The translations under genes and the position numbers were made by a program. A model generated the notes under the pieces. That model made no database searches. It saw only the letters and a list, made by a program, of their open reading frames with translations, and had not been told where the DNA came from. From Candidatus Nanopelagicaceae bacterium (GTDB lineage: Bacteria > Actinomycetota > Actinomycetes > Nanopelagicales > Nanopelagicaceae), in NCBI GenBank assembly GCA_040402375.1, contig JBBAMR010000001.1:123358-187357 (forward strand): DNA of 64,000 bases. Reading direction: 5' to 3'. Within the stretch, counting starts at the first letter, position 1. Every line of letters starts with the position of its first letter. Below, one piece after another: positions 40,759-49,970 of this stretch.

Positions 40759-41934
40759 ATGAATACACTCGAATCATTCGATTACGCTGGGAAGAGAGTT
40801 CTCCTTCGTTGTGACCTCAATGTCCCGATTAAAGATGGCGTCATCGCTGACGATGGTCGTATTCGTGCATCACTTCCAACAATTTCTTATTTGATCGATC
40901 AAGGTGCGGCGGTAGTTATCACCGCTCACCTCGGTCGGCCAAAGGGGGAGCGCAACCCCGCCTTCACACTCGCTCCAGTCGCCGCACGGCTCGGTGAGTT
41001 GCTTGCGAGAGATGTCACCTTCTCGCCAGAGATTGTCGCATCACCATCAGCTCGCGCGATCGCTCCCGGCGAAATCGTTCTCTTAGAAAATATTCGATAT
41101 GAAGCTGCCGAAACGAGTAAAGATGAGGCAGAACGAATCGTCTTGGCGAAAGAGCTCGCAATCTACGGAGATATCTTTATCTCAGATGGCTTTGGCGCGC
41201 TCCATCGCAAGCATGCCTCGGTCTTTGATGTAGCAGCGCTACTTCCACACGCACCGGGCTATCTCGTCGCCGCTGAAATTGATGTCCTCAAGAAGTTAAC
41301 GCAGAACCCCGAGCGCCCGTACGGCGTTGTTCTCGGGGGTTCTAAAGTCTCAGACAAAATCGGCGTGATCGAGAATCTCTTGGACAAGGTTGATCTCATG
41401 GCTATCGGCGGAGGAATGCTCTTCACCTTCCTCGCAGCTCGTGGATATGAAATCGGAAATTCACTTGTCGAGTGGGATCTAATCCCAACGGTAAAGAATT
41501 TGATTGAAAGAGCGGAAGCTTTGGGTGTGGAGTTACTCATTCCGACCGATATCGTCGTAGCACCAGCCTTTGCCGCAGATTCAACACCAACTATTGTCAA
41601 TGCAGATTCGATCCCAGCGGATCAGATGGGCCTGGATATTGGTCCAGTGAGTGCTGCGAAATTCGCTTCCGCGATCGAAGGATGCAAGACGCTCTTCTGG
41701 AATGGTCCAATGGGAGTCTTTGAATTCGCGAACTTTGCAGCTGGAACAAAGGTGGTTGCGCAAGCTCTCACCAAAGTTTCAGGAATATCGGTCGTCGGTG
41801 GGGGAGACTCAGCTGCAGCGGTGCGTGCGCTTGGATTTGAAGATTCGCAGTTTGGTTACATCTCTACCGGCGGTGGGGCTTCGCTGGAATATCTCGAGGG
41901 TAAAGAGTTGCCAGGGCTAGTCGCACTTGCTTAA
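40759..41934 (+). CDS. pgk: phosphoglycerate kinase
   Basis: Motifs GKRVLLRCDLNVP, HLGRPKG, GGSKVSDKI and GGGDSAAA. I prefer ATG 40759 (10 aa before GKRV). The ORF-track start TTG 40735 overlaps the gap 3' end. Confidence 0.95.
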   Translation: MNTLESFDYAGKRVLLRCDLNVPIKDGVIADDGRIRASLPTISYLIDQGAAVVITAHLGRPKGERNPAFTLAPVAARLGELLARDVTFSPEIVASPSARAIAPGEIVLLENIRYEAAETSKDEAERIVLAKELAIYGDIFISDGFGALHRKHASVFDVAALLPHAPGYLVAAEIDVLKKLTQNPERPYGVVLGGSKVSDKIGVIENLLDKVDLMAIGGGMLFTFLAARGYEIGNSLVEWDLIPTVKNLIERAEALGVELLIPTDIVVAPAFAADSTPTIVNADSIPADQMGLDIGPVSAAKFASAIEGCKTLFWNGPMGVFEFANFAAGTKVVAQALTKVSGISVVGGGDSAAAVRALGFEDSQFGYISTGGGASLEYLEGKELPGLVALA

Positions 41935-41986
41935 TTGTTGAAAGAGTACTGTTCTGTATCGAGAGTAATGAGAAGAAGGAGTAGGT

Positions 41987-42760
41987 ATGCGCAAGCCACT
42001 GATCGCGGGTAATTGGAAGATGAACCTCAATCATCTCGAGGCGATAGCCGTCACTCAGAAACTCTCATACTCACTTGAAGAGAAGGATTACGAAGCGGTG
42101 GATATCACCGTGCTTCCTCCGTTTACCGATATTCGCTCGGTGCAGACTCTGGTCGATGGAGATCGACTTCGCCTCACCTATGGCGCGCAGGATCTCTCAC
42201 CAGATACCTCGGGTGCCTTTACAGGCGACATCTCTGGTGGAATGCTGAAGAAATTAGGCTGTACCTTCGTGGCTGTTGGTCACTCCGAACGTCGTGCGAT
42301 TCATCATGAGAGTGATGAACTCCTCAACCGCAAACTCAAGGCGGCGCTCGCAGCCGAGATCGCGCCGATCTTCTGTATCGGTGAAGAGCTTCCCATTCGT
42401 GAGGCTGGCACTCATGTCGAGCATGTCCTCAACCAGTTGCGCGCAGGGCTGAAAGGGATTCATAAGCCAGATCTCAAGAAGATCGTCTTCGCCTATGAGC
42501 CAGTCTGGGCTATCGGAACAGGAAAGACTGCGACTCCTGAGGATGCGCAAGAGGTATGTGCCGCGATCCGTGTTGAGCTGGCAAAGATTGGAAGCGATGA
42601 GATTGCCGAAGCTGCTCGAATCCTTTACGGCGGCTCCGTGAAGTCGACCAATATCGTAGAGATCATGCGTCAGGCCGATGTAGATGGCGTTCTTGTCGGC
42701 GGCGCGAGCCTCGATCCTGAGGAGTTTGCTCGGATTGCGAAGTTTTACCGGGTCGCTTAG
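41987..42760 (+). CDS. tpiA: triose-phosphate isomerase
   Basis: 257 aa with [25 protein letters not shown] and YGGSV. SD GAAGGAG lies upstream. Confidence 0.96.
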   Translation: MRKPLIAGNWKMNLNHLEAIAVTQKLSYSLEEKDYEAVDITVLPPFTDIRSVQTLVDGDRLRLTYGAQDLSPDTSGAFTGDISGGMLKKLGCTFVAVGHSERRAIHHESDELLNRKLKAALAAEIAPIFCIGEELPIREAGTHVEHVLNQLRAGLKGIHKPDLKKIVFAYEPVWAIGTGKTATPEDAQEVCAAIRVELAKIGSDEIAEAARILYGGSVKSTNIVEIMRQADVDGVLVGGASLDPEEFARIAKFYRVA

Positions 42761-42839
42761 GGCTATCATTACCCCTTGTACTCCTGGATCGCTCTGGGAT
42801 TAACCATTTAGGCACTACCGGCAATAAAGGAGATCACTC

Positions 42840-43070
42840 GTGGTTCTAGCTCTATCAATCTTGCTCGTCATAACGAGCGTCCTCATGATTCTCCTCGTCC
42901 TCCTTCACAAGGGTAAGGGCTCAGGCCTCTCAGATCTCTTCGGTGGTGGAGTCTCCTCCAACTACGGTGGGTCTTCTGTTGTCGAGCGGAACTTAGATCG
43001 CATCACGATCGTTGTGGGTGGACTCTGGTTCGCAAGCGTTATTGCTCTCTCACTCGTCTTGAAGAAGTAA
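42840..43070 (+). CDS. secG: preprotein translocase subunit SecG
   Basis: 76 aa. Two TM helices flank the GKGSGLSDLFGGG motif. GTG start with AAAGGAG upstream. Confidence 0.9.
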   Translation: MVLALSILLVITSVLMILLVLLHKGKGSGLSDLFGGGVSSNYGGSSVVERNLDRITIVVGGLWFASVIALSLVLKK

Positions 43071-43082
43071 AGGGGTCGACTC

Positions 43083-43424
43083 ATGGCAGGTAGCGCAATT
43101 CGTGGAAGTCGTGTCGGCGCAGGCCCAATGGGCGAAGCCGAGCGCGGCGAGGCTATTGGTCGTTTCCGAGTCTCGTATTGGTGTGCCAATGGCCACGAGA
43201 CCCGTCCCTCTTTCGCTGAAGATGGCACAGTACAGATTCCAGCCGAATGGGATTGCCCACGTTGCGGTTATCCAGCTGGCCTCGATAAGAACAGCCCACC
43301 TCTTCCAGTAAAGAATGAGCCATATAAGACTCACCTTGCTTACGTAAAAGAGCGTCGCTCCGAAGCTGAAGCAGTAAAGATTCTTGGTGATGCACTCGCT
43401 GCACTCCGCGGAGAAGATGAATAA
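43083..43424 (+). CDS. rbpA: RNA polymerase-binding protein RbpA
   Basis: 113 aa. RbpA core (RVSYWCANGHE...CPRCGYPAG) and C-terminal sigma-interaction helix (KTHLAYVKERRSEAEAVKIL). Confidence 0.92.
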   Translation: MAGSAIRGSRVGAGPMGEAERGEAIGRFRVSYWCANGHETRPSFAEDGTVQIPAEWDCPRCGYPAGLDKNSPPLPVKNEPYKTHLAYVKERRSEAEAVKILGDALAALRGEDE

Positions 43425-43437
43425 TTTTTTTTTTTTT
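43425..43437 (+). repeat. T13 homopolymer immediately after the rbpA stop codon
   Basis: Counted directly: 13 consecutive T (43425-43437). Confidence 0.95.
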
Positions 43438-43441
43438 CATC

Positions 43442-43475
43442 AAAAAACCCGCCTCATCTAGAGGCGGGTTTTTTT
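43442..43475. terminator. bidirectional rho-independent terminator between convergent rbpA and pgi
   Basis: AAAAAA-cccgcctc-atcta-gaggcggg-TTTTTTT. A perfect 8-bp GC-rich stem with a 5-nt loop, an A-tract 5' and a T-tract 3'. Confidence 0.88.
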
Positions 43476-43482
43476 ATTTGTA

Positions 43483-45039
43483 TTACTGGAGAGCGGCAAG
43501 AAGTTCGGCGATGCCGGCACTTCGATTTTTGAGATGGATTCGGATGAGTGGGAAGTGGCGATCTGCAAGTGCCTCACCATCCCCGAGCGCTTGTGCCATA
43601 AGCAAGGTGTGGAATGAAAAGTCACGGCCTGGGATTGCGAGATCGTTGAGATTCTCGCCAGTGACCTGGATAAAGGCGCCATTGTGTTGACCACCCTTAT
43701 GGAACTGACCTGTGGAGTGAAGGAATCGTGGACCCCAACCGAAAGTTGTCCCTCTTCCACTCTTACGTGCCAGAAGTCCGCGCGCACGTGTGATCTCATC
43801 ATCAATCCCACGGGCGAGATAAGCCATGATTGCGATGTAGTGCGAATCAATTGCCAGGAAATCATCGAGTTGCCCACGAAGTGATTGCGCACTCGAGGCG
43901 GAATAGATCGCGAAATTCTCATCCTCAAATGCAGGTGTGAGCTTTGCGTTCTCACCGCTTGACCACTTGGCGAGGATTGCGCTGGTGCGCTCCTTCGCCT
44001 CAGTAACATTAGGTTGGTTGAATGGATCAACCTCGAGCACTACTCCGAGCAGCGCGGTGACCCACTCCCAGAGAATGAATTGCTCACCAAGCGAGCCAGT
44101 GACAATCGCATCAGCCGAATCAGCTGATCCAGCCGCAAGATTAACCAGGTAGTGGCTTCCAGCAACTGGTGCATCAATCGATTCGATGGCAATGGGTAGT
44201 CGTCCGCGTTCATTCTTTCCTGTTGATTCAGCGATCAACTGCTCAATCCAATCGGAGAGCCCAGGTGTCGAAGAACCCTTATCGGAGAAAGCAACGTTCT
44301 GTTCGCCTGCTTGATAAATGGCGGTAGCAAGGTTTACTGCTGGTGAATCATCAGAGGTGAATCTTGCAGCAGCGAGTCGAGCATCGGCGAGTAATCCCTT
44401 AACATCTACTCCCATGAGTGCGGCAGGGACCAAGCCGAATGCGCTGAGTGCGCTGTAGCGACCACCAACATTGGGATCGGCATTGATCGTTCGAAGCCCA
44501 GTTGATCGCGAACTTTGATCAAGTGGCGAGCCGGGATCTGTGACAATAACGATGTGATCGCGGGGGAGTAGGCCAGCCTGCGTGAAGAGTTCTTCAAAGA
44601 GCGCCTTGTGCGAAGCGGTCTCAATGGTGGATCCAGATTTTGATCCGACCACTACGACGGAGTGCGCAAGCTTCGTGGGGTCCGCGGGAATGGCCTTACG
44701 GATCTGGTCGGGGTCTGTTGTGTCCAGAACAGTCAGTTCTTTCTTGAAGGCCTTACTGATGACTTCGGGTGCTAAGGAAGAGCCGCCCATTCCTGCAAGG
44801 ATAATCTGCGTTAATTGATTCGACTCAGCCCAGCTCACAAGTTCGGCCAGAGCAGGCAGAAGCTCTTGAGAGCTCTCAGGTAGATCGATCCAATTGAGAC
44901 GAACCGACGCTTCCGACTGCGCCGCGCTTCCCCAGAGAGTTGAATCCTTTGCTGCAAGCTTTACTGCCGCGGCTCGTAAGATTGCAAAGAGAGGTGAACT
45001 CTCATCTGCTAACCGCTTCCCTGAGATTGAGATCGTCAT
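43483..45039 (-). CDS. pgi: glucose-6-phosphate isomerase
   Basis: 518 aa. SIS/PGI motifs ILAGMGGSSLAPEV, VVVGSKSGSTIET and GGRYSALSAFGL. The ATG shares 1 nt with the tal stop. Confidence 0.88.
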   Translation of the reverse strand: MTISISGKRLADESSPLFAILRAAAVKLAAKDSTLWGSAAQSEASVRLNWIDLPESSQELLPALAELVSWAESNQLTQIILAGMGGSSLAPEVISKAFKKELTVLDTTDPDQIRKAIPADPTKLAHSVVVVGSKSGSTIETASHKALFEELFTQAGLLPRDHIVIVTDPGSPLDQSSRSTGLRTINADPNVGGRYSALSAFGLVPAALMGVDVKGLLADARLAAARFTSDDSPAVNLATAIYQAGEQNVAFSDKGSSTPGLSDWIEQLIAESTGKNERGRLPIAIESIDAPVAGSHYLVNLAAGSADSADAIVTGSLGEQFILWEWVTALLGVVLEVDPFNQPNVTEAKERTSAILAKWSSGENAKLTPAFEDENFAIYSASSAQSLRGQLDDFLAIDSHYIAIMAYLARGIDDEITRARGLLARKSGRGTTFGWGPRFLHSTGQFHKGGQHNGAFIQVTGENLNDLAIPGRDFSFHTLLMAQALGDGEALADRHFPLIRIHLKNRSAGIAELLAALQ

Positions 45040-46124
45040 TAGACCACAGCTTCAATATTTGCCAGTAACTCAACCCATGCCTTTTGGAACTTCGCGACGC
45101 CATCATCTTCGAGGTGCTTTACGATGGCACCGAGGTCGATGCCAGCCTTCGCAAGATTTTCAAGGTCGACATGGGCCATAGGAATATTTGCTGTGATGGT
45201 ATCTCCACGTACTACTCCGTGCTCGCGAACTGCATTGAGCGTGCCCTCTGGCATCGTGTTAACGCAATGCGCTGCGACCAACTCAATAACATATCGAGTT
45301 GCATCGTAAGCCTTATCCTTTACGCCGGTGGAAGCCCACAGTGGACGTTGAAGATTTGCGCCATTCGATGCGACGCTCTGCCAGCGATCAGATGCGATGA
45401 AGGTGAGAAATGCTTCGTAGGCAACGTGGGCATTTGCGATTGCGGCTTTGCCCCGGAGCACAGAACCAGGTGCACTGAGATCTAACTGCTTATCAATCTC
45501 AGCATCAATGCGGCTGATGAAGAATGATGCAACTGAATGGATCTCACTTATCGACTCATTCTTCGCAAGGCGACGTTCGAGGCCGCGAAGGTATGACTCC
45601 ATGACCATCGTGTAGCGCTCCACGGAGAAGATGAGCGTCACATTGACAGAGATTCCTGCCGCAGTGAGCTCTTCAATAGCCGGTAGACCCTCCAGTGTTG
45701 CAGGAACCTTCATCAAGAGATTGGGACGATTAACGATCGCGGAAAGTTCTAGACCGCGCTTCACGGTACCGGCTGTGTCATAAGCGAGATCTGGATCTAC
45801 CTCGATCGATACTCGACCATCTACTCCATGTGTTGCTTGAAAGATCGGCGTAAAGAGATCACACGCAGCACGCACATCTGAGGTTGTAAGTTCGGTAACG
45901 ATCTCTGATGTGTTCTTTCCCTTCGCCTTCAGTGCGAGAATATCTTCGCGATAGAGGGTCGAGCCAGAGATTGCAGCGCCAAAGATACTTGGATTAGTGG
46001 TGACACCAGCGACAGATGAACTGTCAATCAATAACGAGAGCGAACCGCTTTGCAGGCGATCTCGGGAGAGATCGTCGAGCCAAATTGAGACTCCTGCTTG
46101 TGAGAGTTGAGAAAGAGTATTCAC
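45039..46124 (-). CDS. tal: transaldolase (actinobacterial long type)
   Basis: 361 aa with GVSIWLDDLSR, TTNPSIF, and the active-site region LMKVPAT. Confidence 0.93.
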   Translation of the reverse strand: MNTLSQLSQAGVSIWLDDLSRDRLQSGSLSLLIDSSSVAGVTTNPSIFGAAISGSTLYREDILALKAKGKNTSEIVTELTTSDVRAACDLFTPIFQATHGVDGRVSIEVDPDLAYDTAGTVKRGLELSAIVNRPNLLMKVPATLEGLPAIEELTAAGISVNVTLIFSVERYTMVMESYLRGLERRLAKNESISEIHSVASFFISRIDAEIDKQLDLSAPGSVLRGKAAIANAHVAYEAFLTFIASDRWQSVASNGANLQRPLWASTGVKDKAYDATRYVIELVAAHCVNTMPEGTLNAVREHGVVRGDTITANIPMAHVDLENLAKAGIDLGAIVKHLEDDGVAKFQKAWVELLANIEAVV

Positions 46125-46126
46125 GG

Positions 46127-48190
46127 TTACTTCGCCGCCTTCTTGATTGAGGCGAGAGCCGATGTAACAACGTTCTCCGCTGTGAATCCAAATTTCTTGA
46201 AGAGCACACCAGCCGCCGCAGACTCACCGTAATGTTCAATCGAAATTGCAACTCCTGCATCTCCGATCAACTCACGCCAACCCTGTGCGATGCCAGCTTC
46301 GATGCTGACGCGAGCGTGCACTGCAGCAGGCAGGATTGACTCTTTATAGGAGGCGCTCTGCTCGTTAAACCATTCGATACATGGCGCACTTACTACACGT
46401 GCGTTAATGCCTTGTTCTCTGAGTAGTGCTTCCGCAGCAACTGCATACTGAACCTCAGAGCCCGTACCGATGAGGATGACATCTGGAGTGCCAGCACAAT
46501 CCTTGAGGATGTAAGCACCTTGCGCGACTCCTTCGGCTGGCCCGAAGATAGCGCGATCAAAGACCGGCAAGTTCTGACGGGAGAGGATGAGCCCTGCCGG
46601 CTTCTGGCGAGTGATAACTTCACGCCAGGCGATCGCCGTTTCATTTGCATCGGCTGGACGAATTACTGCAAGGTTTGGAATTGCTCGTAGTGAGGCGACA
46701 TGTTCAACTGGCTGGTGAGTGGGTCCATCTTCGCCCACGCCAATCGAGTCATGTGTCCAGACAAAGGTTGAGGGAATATCCATGATTGCAGCGAGGCGAA
46801 CTGAACCACGCATGTAGTCGGAGAAGACAAGGAAGGTTCCACCGAAGGATTTAGTAAGACCATGAAGTGCAATTCCATTGAGGACTGCGCCCATCGCATG
46901 TTCGCGAATTCCAAAATGAATGATGCGTCCGTGAGGATCGGCACCCTTCATCTTTGAACTTGCCGGAAGGAATGAACCTCCACCTTCAATGGTGGTGTTG
47001 TTGGATTCACCAAGGTCGGCTGAGCCACCCCAAAATTCTGGGAGGACTGTTGCAATCTCGTTGATGATCTTTCCAGAGGCGGCACGGGTTGCAATCTCCT
47101 TCTCGATACCAAAGCTAGGGATTGCCTTCTCCCAACCTTCAGGAAGTTGCTTCTTCTGAAGCCTTGCGAGTAGAGCTGCTTCCTTTGGATGGGAATTACT
47201 CCACGCCGTGAAGTTAGCCTCCCACTCGGTGCGAGCTGCAGCGCCTCGAACACCAACCGCGCGAGCATGCTCGAGAACTTCAGCAGGTACATGGAAATCT
47301 TCATCAGGGTTTAATCCGAGCTCTCTCTTAGTTGCAGCGACTTCATCCGCGCCGAGAGCTGAGCCATGCGACTTCGATGTTCCGCGCGCTGTTGGTGCGG
47401 GCCAGGCGATCACAGTCTTCAATCGAATAAGTGTTGGTGCATCCGTTGTGGTCTCAGCCTTTGCCATCGCAGCTTCTAGCCCTGCGCGATCGACGTCGCC
47501 GTGTGAAAGCGCTTCGACTTCGATGACGTGCCAGCCATATGCACGGTAACGTGCAGAAACATCTTCAGTGAAGGAGAGATGAGTATCGCCTTCAATTGAG
47601 ATTCGGTTATCGTCATAAATAACTTTGAGATTTCCAAGCGCTTGAGTTCCGGCGAGTGAGGATGCCTCAGCGCTCATACCCTCTTGTAGATCGCCATCGG
47701 AGGCGATGACCCAAATATTGTGATCAAAGAGTGTGGTTGAACCCGTTGGATCAAAGAGACCCTTTTCGTAACGAGCTGCCATCGCCATGCCTACAGCAGA
47801 TGCGATTCCAGAGCCCAATGGACCAGTCGTGATTTCTACGCCCTTCGTGTGACCAAATTCAGGGTGGGCTGGTGTGAGTGAACCGGCGGTACGAAATACC
47901 TTCAAATCATCGAGTGATAAACCATAGCCAGAGAGAAAGAGCTGGATGTAGAGCGTCAGTGAGGAGTGTCCACATGAGAGGACGAAGCGGTCGCGGCCGA
48001 GCCACTCAGGATTCTGAGGATCGTGTTTGAGGAATCGTTGAAAGAGCGTGTATGCAACTGGCGCCAGCGCCATTGCAGTACCGGGATGACCATTACCAAC
48101 CTTCTGGACTGCATCAGATGCGAGTGCGCGTGCGACGGCGACCGCTTTATCATCAAGATCTACCCATGCCTGGCGTTGTACTGAGCTCAT
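46127..48190 (-). CDS. tkt: transketolase
   Basis: Motifs GHPGTAMALAP, DRFVLSCGHSS, GPLGSGIA, ASDGDLQEG and THDSIGVGEDGPTHQP. I prefer ATG 48190 (MSSVQRQ...). The ORF-track start at 48277 would overlap the ctaA 3' end. Confidence 0.95.
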   Translation of the reverse strand: MSSVQRQAWVDLDDKAVAVARALASDAVQKVGNGHPGTAMALAPVAYTLFQRFLKHDPQNPEWLGRDRFVLSCGHSSLTLYIQLFLSGYGLSLDDLKVFRTAGSLTPAHPEFGHTKGVEITTGPLGSGIASAVGMAMAARYEKGLFDPTGSTTLFDHNIWVIASDGDLQEGMSAEASSLAGTQALGNLKVIYDDNRISIEGDTHLSFTEDVSARYRAYGWHVIEVEALSHGDVDRAGLEAAMAKAETTTDAPTLIRLKTVIAWPAPTARGTSKSHGSALGADEVAATKRELGLNPDEDFHVPAEVLEHARAVGVRGAAARTEWEANFTAWSNSHPKEAALLARLQKKQLPEGWEKAIPSFGIEKEIATRAASGKIINEIATVLPEFWGGSADLGESNNTTIEGGGSFLPASSKMKGADPHGRIIHFGIREHAMGAVLNGIALHGLTKSFGGTFLVFSDYMRGSVRLAAIMDIPSTFVWTHDSIGVGEDGPTHQPVEHVASLRAIPNLAVIRPADANETAIAWREVITRQKPAGLILSRQNLPVFDRAIFGPAEGVAQGAYILKDCAGTPDVILIGTGSEVQYAVAAEALLREQGINARVVSAPCIEWFNEQSASYKESILPAAVHARVSIEAGIAQGWRELIGDAGVAISIEHYGESAAAGVLFKKFGFTAENVVTSALASIKKAAK

Positions 48191-48242
48191 TGCGTATCCC
48201 GTGCTTTCTTCGTTGTTTACGTAATTGATTTCGTCGTTGAAA

Positions 48243-49163
48243 TTATGAACGAGAGAGTGATCGTCCGGTGAAGGCAAGGTTCCAAATTCCCAGCCAGACC
48301 AAGTCAGCTCCTAACAAGTGCGCTGCTACAAAGGCTTCTGGGAGGCCTGTGAAATATTGGATGTAACCGATTAGCCCTTGACCTAAACATATGAGAAAGA
48401 AGAGTGATGCTTGTTTGACGAGAAGTGAACGATGGGCGAGATCTTCAGTTGCTCGCAGCAAGAGGATAAGCGCGAAGGTCAGTGCGGTCAGCGCAATAAC
48501 TGCATCGGCATGAATCCACGAGATAACTTGTGGATTGAGATGGTATCGACGGGCTTGGATATCTCCAGCGTGAGGCCCAGTACCTGTAACAACCGTTCCA
48601 ATTATTAAGACAACGGCGGTAAGAGCAAGCACGCTGCGAATGAGAAGTGTTGACGTTGCTGTGAGTGTGAAGCGTGGTTTATTTAACATGCGTTGACGCA
48701 GCGAGAGGGATGCTCCAATAAGGAGAATCGACAGTAGGAAGTGAGCACCGACAGTTGCAGGGTTGAGATGAGTCAGCACGGTAATTCCACCAAGAACGAT
48801 CTGTGCAACGATCCCAAAGATTTGTGTAAGCGCGAGCCAGTTCAACGCTCTCTTTTCGGAGTAGCGATTTCGCAGTCGGATGACACCGATGACTGCGGCG
48901 ATGATGGCGATAAAGAGCAAGATCGTGAGCAATCGATTACCGAACTCGATCCACGAGTGGAGAGTTCCTTGCGCTTGATGGGGGACTGGAGTGTATGAGC
49001 CGGGGGTGCAGCGTGGCCAGGTAGGGCAGCCAAGGCCCGAACCGGTGAGACGTACGGCGCCTCCCGTGATCAGAATTCCAGCTTGGACCACCACGAGCGC
49101 GGTATAGATGAAGCGAGTCAAGGAAGAGACTTTCACGCTCAGTGGGCGCGCTTCAACTGTCAT
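48243..49163 (-). CDS. ctaA: heme A synthase (COX15/CtaA family)
   Basis: 306 aa with about 8 TM segments. Has the CPTWPRC extracytoplasmic Cys pair and conserved His residues in the helices (HSWIEFGNR, GAHFLLS, AAHLLGA). Confidence 0.85.
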   Translation of the reverse strand: MTVEARPLSVKVSSLTRFIYTALVVVQAGILITGGAVRLTGSGLGCPTWPRCTPGSYTPVPHQAQGTLHSWIEFGNRLLTILLFIAIIAAVIGVIRLRNRYSEKRALNWLALTQIFGIVAQIVLGGITVLTHLNPATVGAHFLLSILLIGASLSLRQRMLNKPRFTLTATSTLLIRSVLALTAVVLIIGTVVTGTGPHAGDIQARRYHLNPQVISWIHADAVIALTALTFALILLLRATEDLAHRSLLVKQASLFFLICLGQGLIGYIQYFTGLPEAFVAAHLLGADLVWLGIWNLAFTGRSLSRS

Positions 49164-49215
49164 GAGTGAAGACTAGTCTCCCTAGTAAGCGAAGAGTGGG
49201 CGCTCCGAGTGGCGC
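49141..49215 (+). repeat. direct repeats AGTGGGCGC (49141-49149 and 49195-49203), plus degenerate AGTGGCGC (49209-49216 region), flanking the ctaA/sufR divergent region
   Basis: Read directly. The two perfect 9-mers start 54 bp apart. Confidence 0.9.
49170..49179. promoter_or_regulatory. perfect 10-bp palindrome AGACTAGTCT; reads TAGTCT (TANNNT) on both strands, 6 nt upstream of the ctaA ATG on the minus strand
   Basis: The minus strand reads TAGTCT-tcactc-ATG (ctaA). The palindrome is centred in the 45-bp ctaA/sufR intergenic region. Confidence 0.45.
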
Positions 49216-49970
49216 AAATGGGTGAATTACGCAACACTTCTGTTGTGAAAAAGGTAGAGCCAGATACGAGGACCCGTAACCAGGTTGCCCGGGCGATCCT
49301 CGAGGGCGGTCCAGCCACAGCGGCCGAACTAGCTCTCCGACTTTCGATCACCCCAGCCGGAATCAGGCGCCATCTCGATGCTCTCCTTGAGGAGGGAATC
49401 CTGACCTCCCGCGAGCCCTATCAAAGTGCGGCGAGCCTTGAGAGCCGCGGACGTGGCCGTCCTGCAAAAGTCTTCCTCATGACAGATCTAGGGCGCGAGA
49501 CCTTTGAACATTCCTATGATGATTTAGCGCTCTCAGCGCTGAAATTTATCGCCAACCAAAATGGCGAGAACTCCGTGAAGACCTTCGCTGATCAACGTGC
49601 ACTCGATATAGAAAATCGAGGACGCGCGCTAGTAGACAGTGCCATCGGAATCACTGAGAAGAGCGCAGCGCTTGCACATTTCCTTACTGATGAGGGTTTC
49701 GCTGCGACTGTGACAGATGGCCCGATGGGCTTGCAGCTCTGCCAGAACCATTGCCCCGTAGCGCACGTCGCAGCGCAGTTCCCAGAACTCTGTGAATCCG
49801 AGACGCAAGCTCTCTCTCGCCTAGTCGGCACTCACGTTCAACGCTTGGCAACTATCGCCCACGGCGACGGCGTCTGCACAACCTTTATTCCAAAAGTTTC
49901 ACACAGTTCTTCACAGAAAAGCTCTGGGAATATCTCCTCAGAGAAAATAGAAATAGGAGCACACGCATGA
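49209..49970 (+). CDS. sufR: ArsR-type HTH transcriptional regulator SufR (Fe-S cluster sensing repressor of suf)
   Basis: 253 aa. N-terminal winged HTH ([24 protein letters not shown]) and C-terminal Cys ligand candidates (CQNHCP, LCESE, GDGVC). Sits directly upstream of sufB. GTG 49209, or alternatively ATG 49218. Confidence 0.85.
   Translation: MAQMGELRNTSVVKKVEPDTRTRNQVARAILEGGPATAAELALRLSITPAGIRRHLDALLEEGILTSREPYQSAASLESRGRGRPAKVFLMTDLGRETFEHSYDDLALSALKFIANQNGENSVKTFADQRALDIENRGRALVDSAIGITEKSAALAHFLTDEGFAATVTDGPMGLQLCQNHCPVAHVAAQFPELCESETQALSRLVGTHVQRLATIAHGDGVCTTFIPKVSHSSSQKSSGNISSEKIEIGAHA

Noticed and set aside
42254-42769. A 171-aa ORF antisense to tpiA, and other long shadow or alternate-frame ORFs: 43458-44030, 57598-58080, 27100-27549, 36473-36856, 37763-38191, 35992-36447, 10101-10520, 28902-29342, 45084-45485.
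   Set aside because: Every one is fully contained in, or antisense to, a gene with clear family motifs. Their compositions are skewed (Arg/Ser/Pro/Cys-rich) as expected for off-frame translation, and none shows independent start signals.
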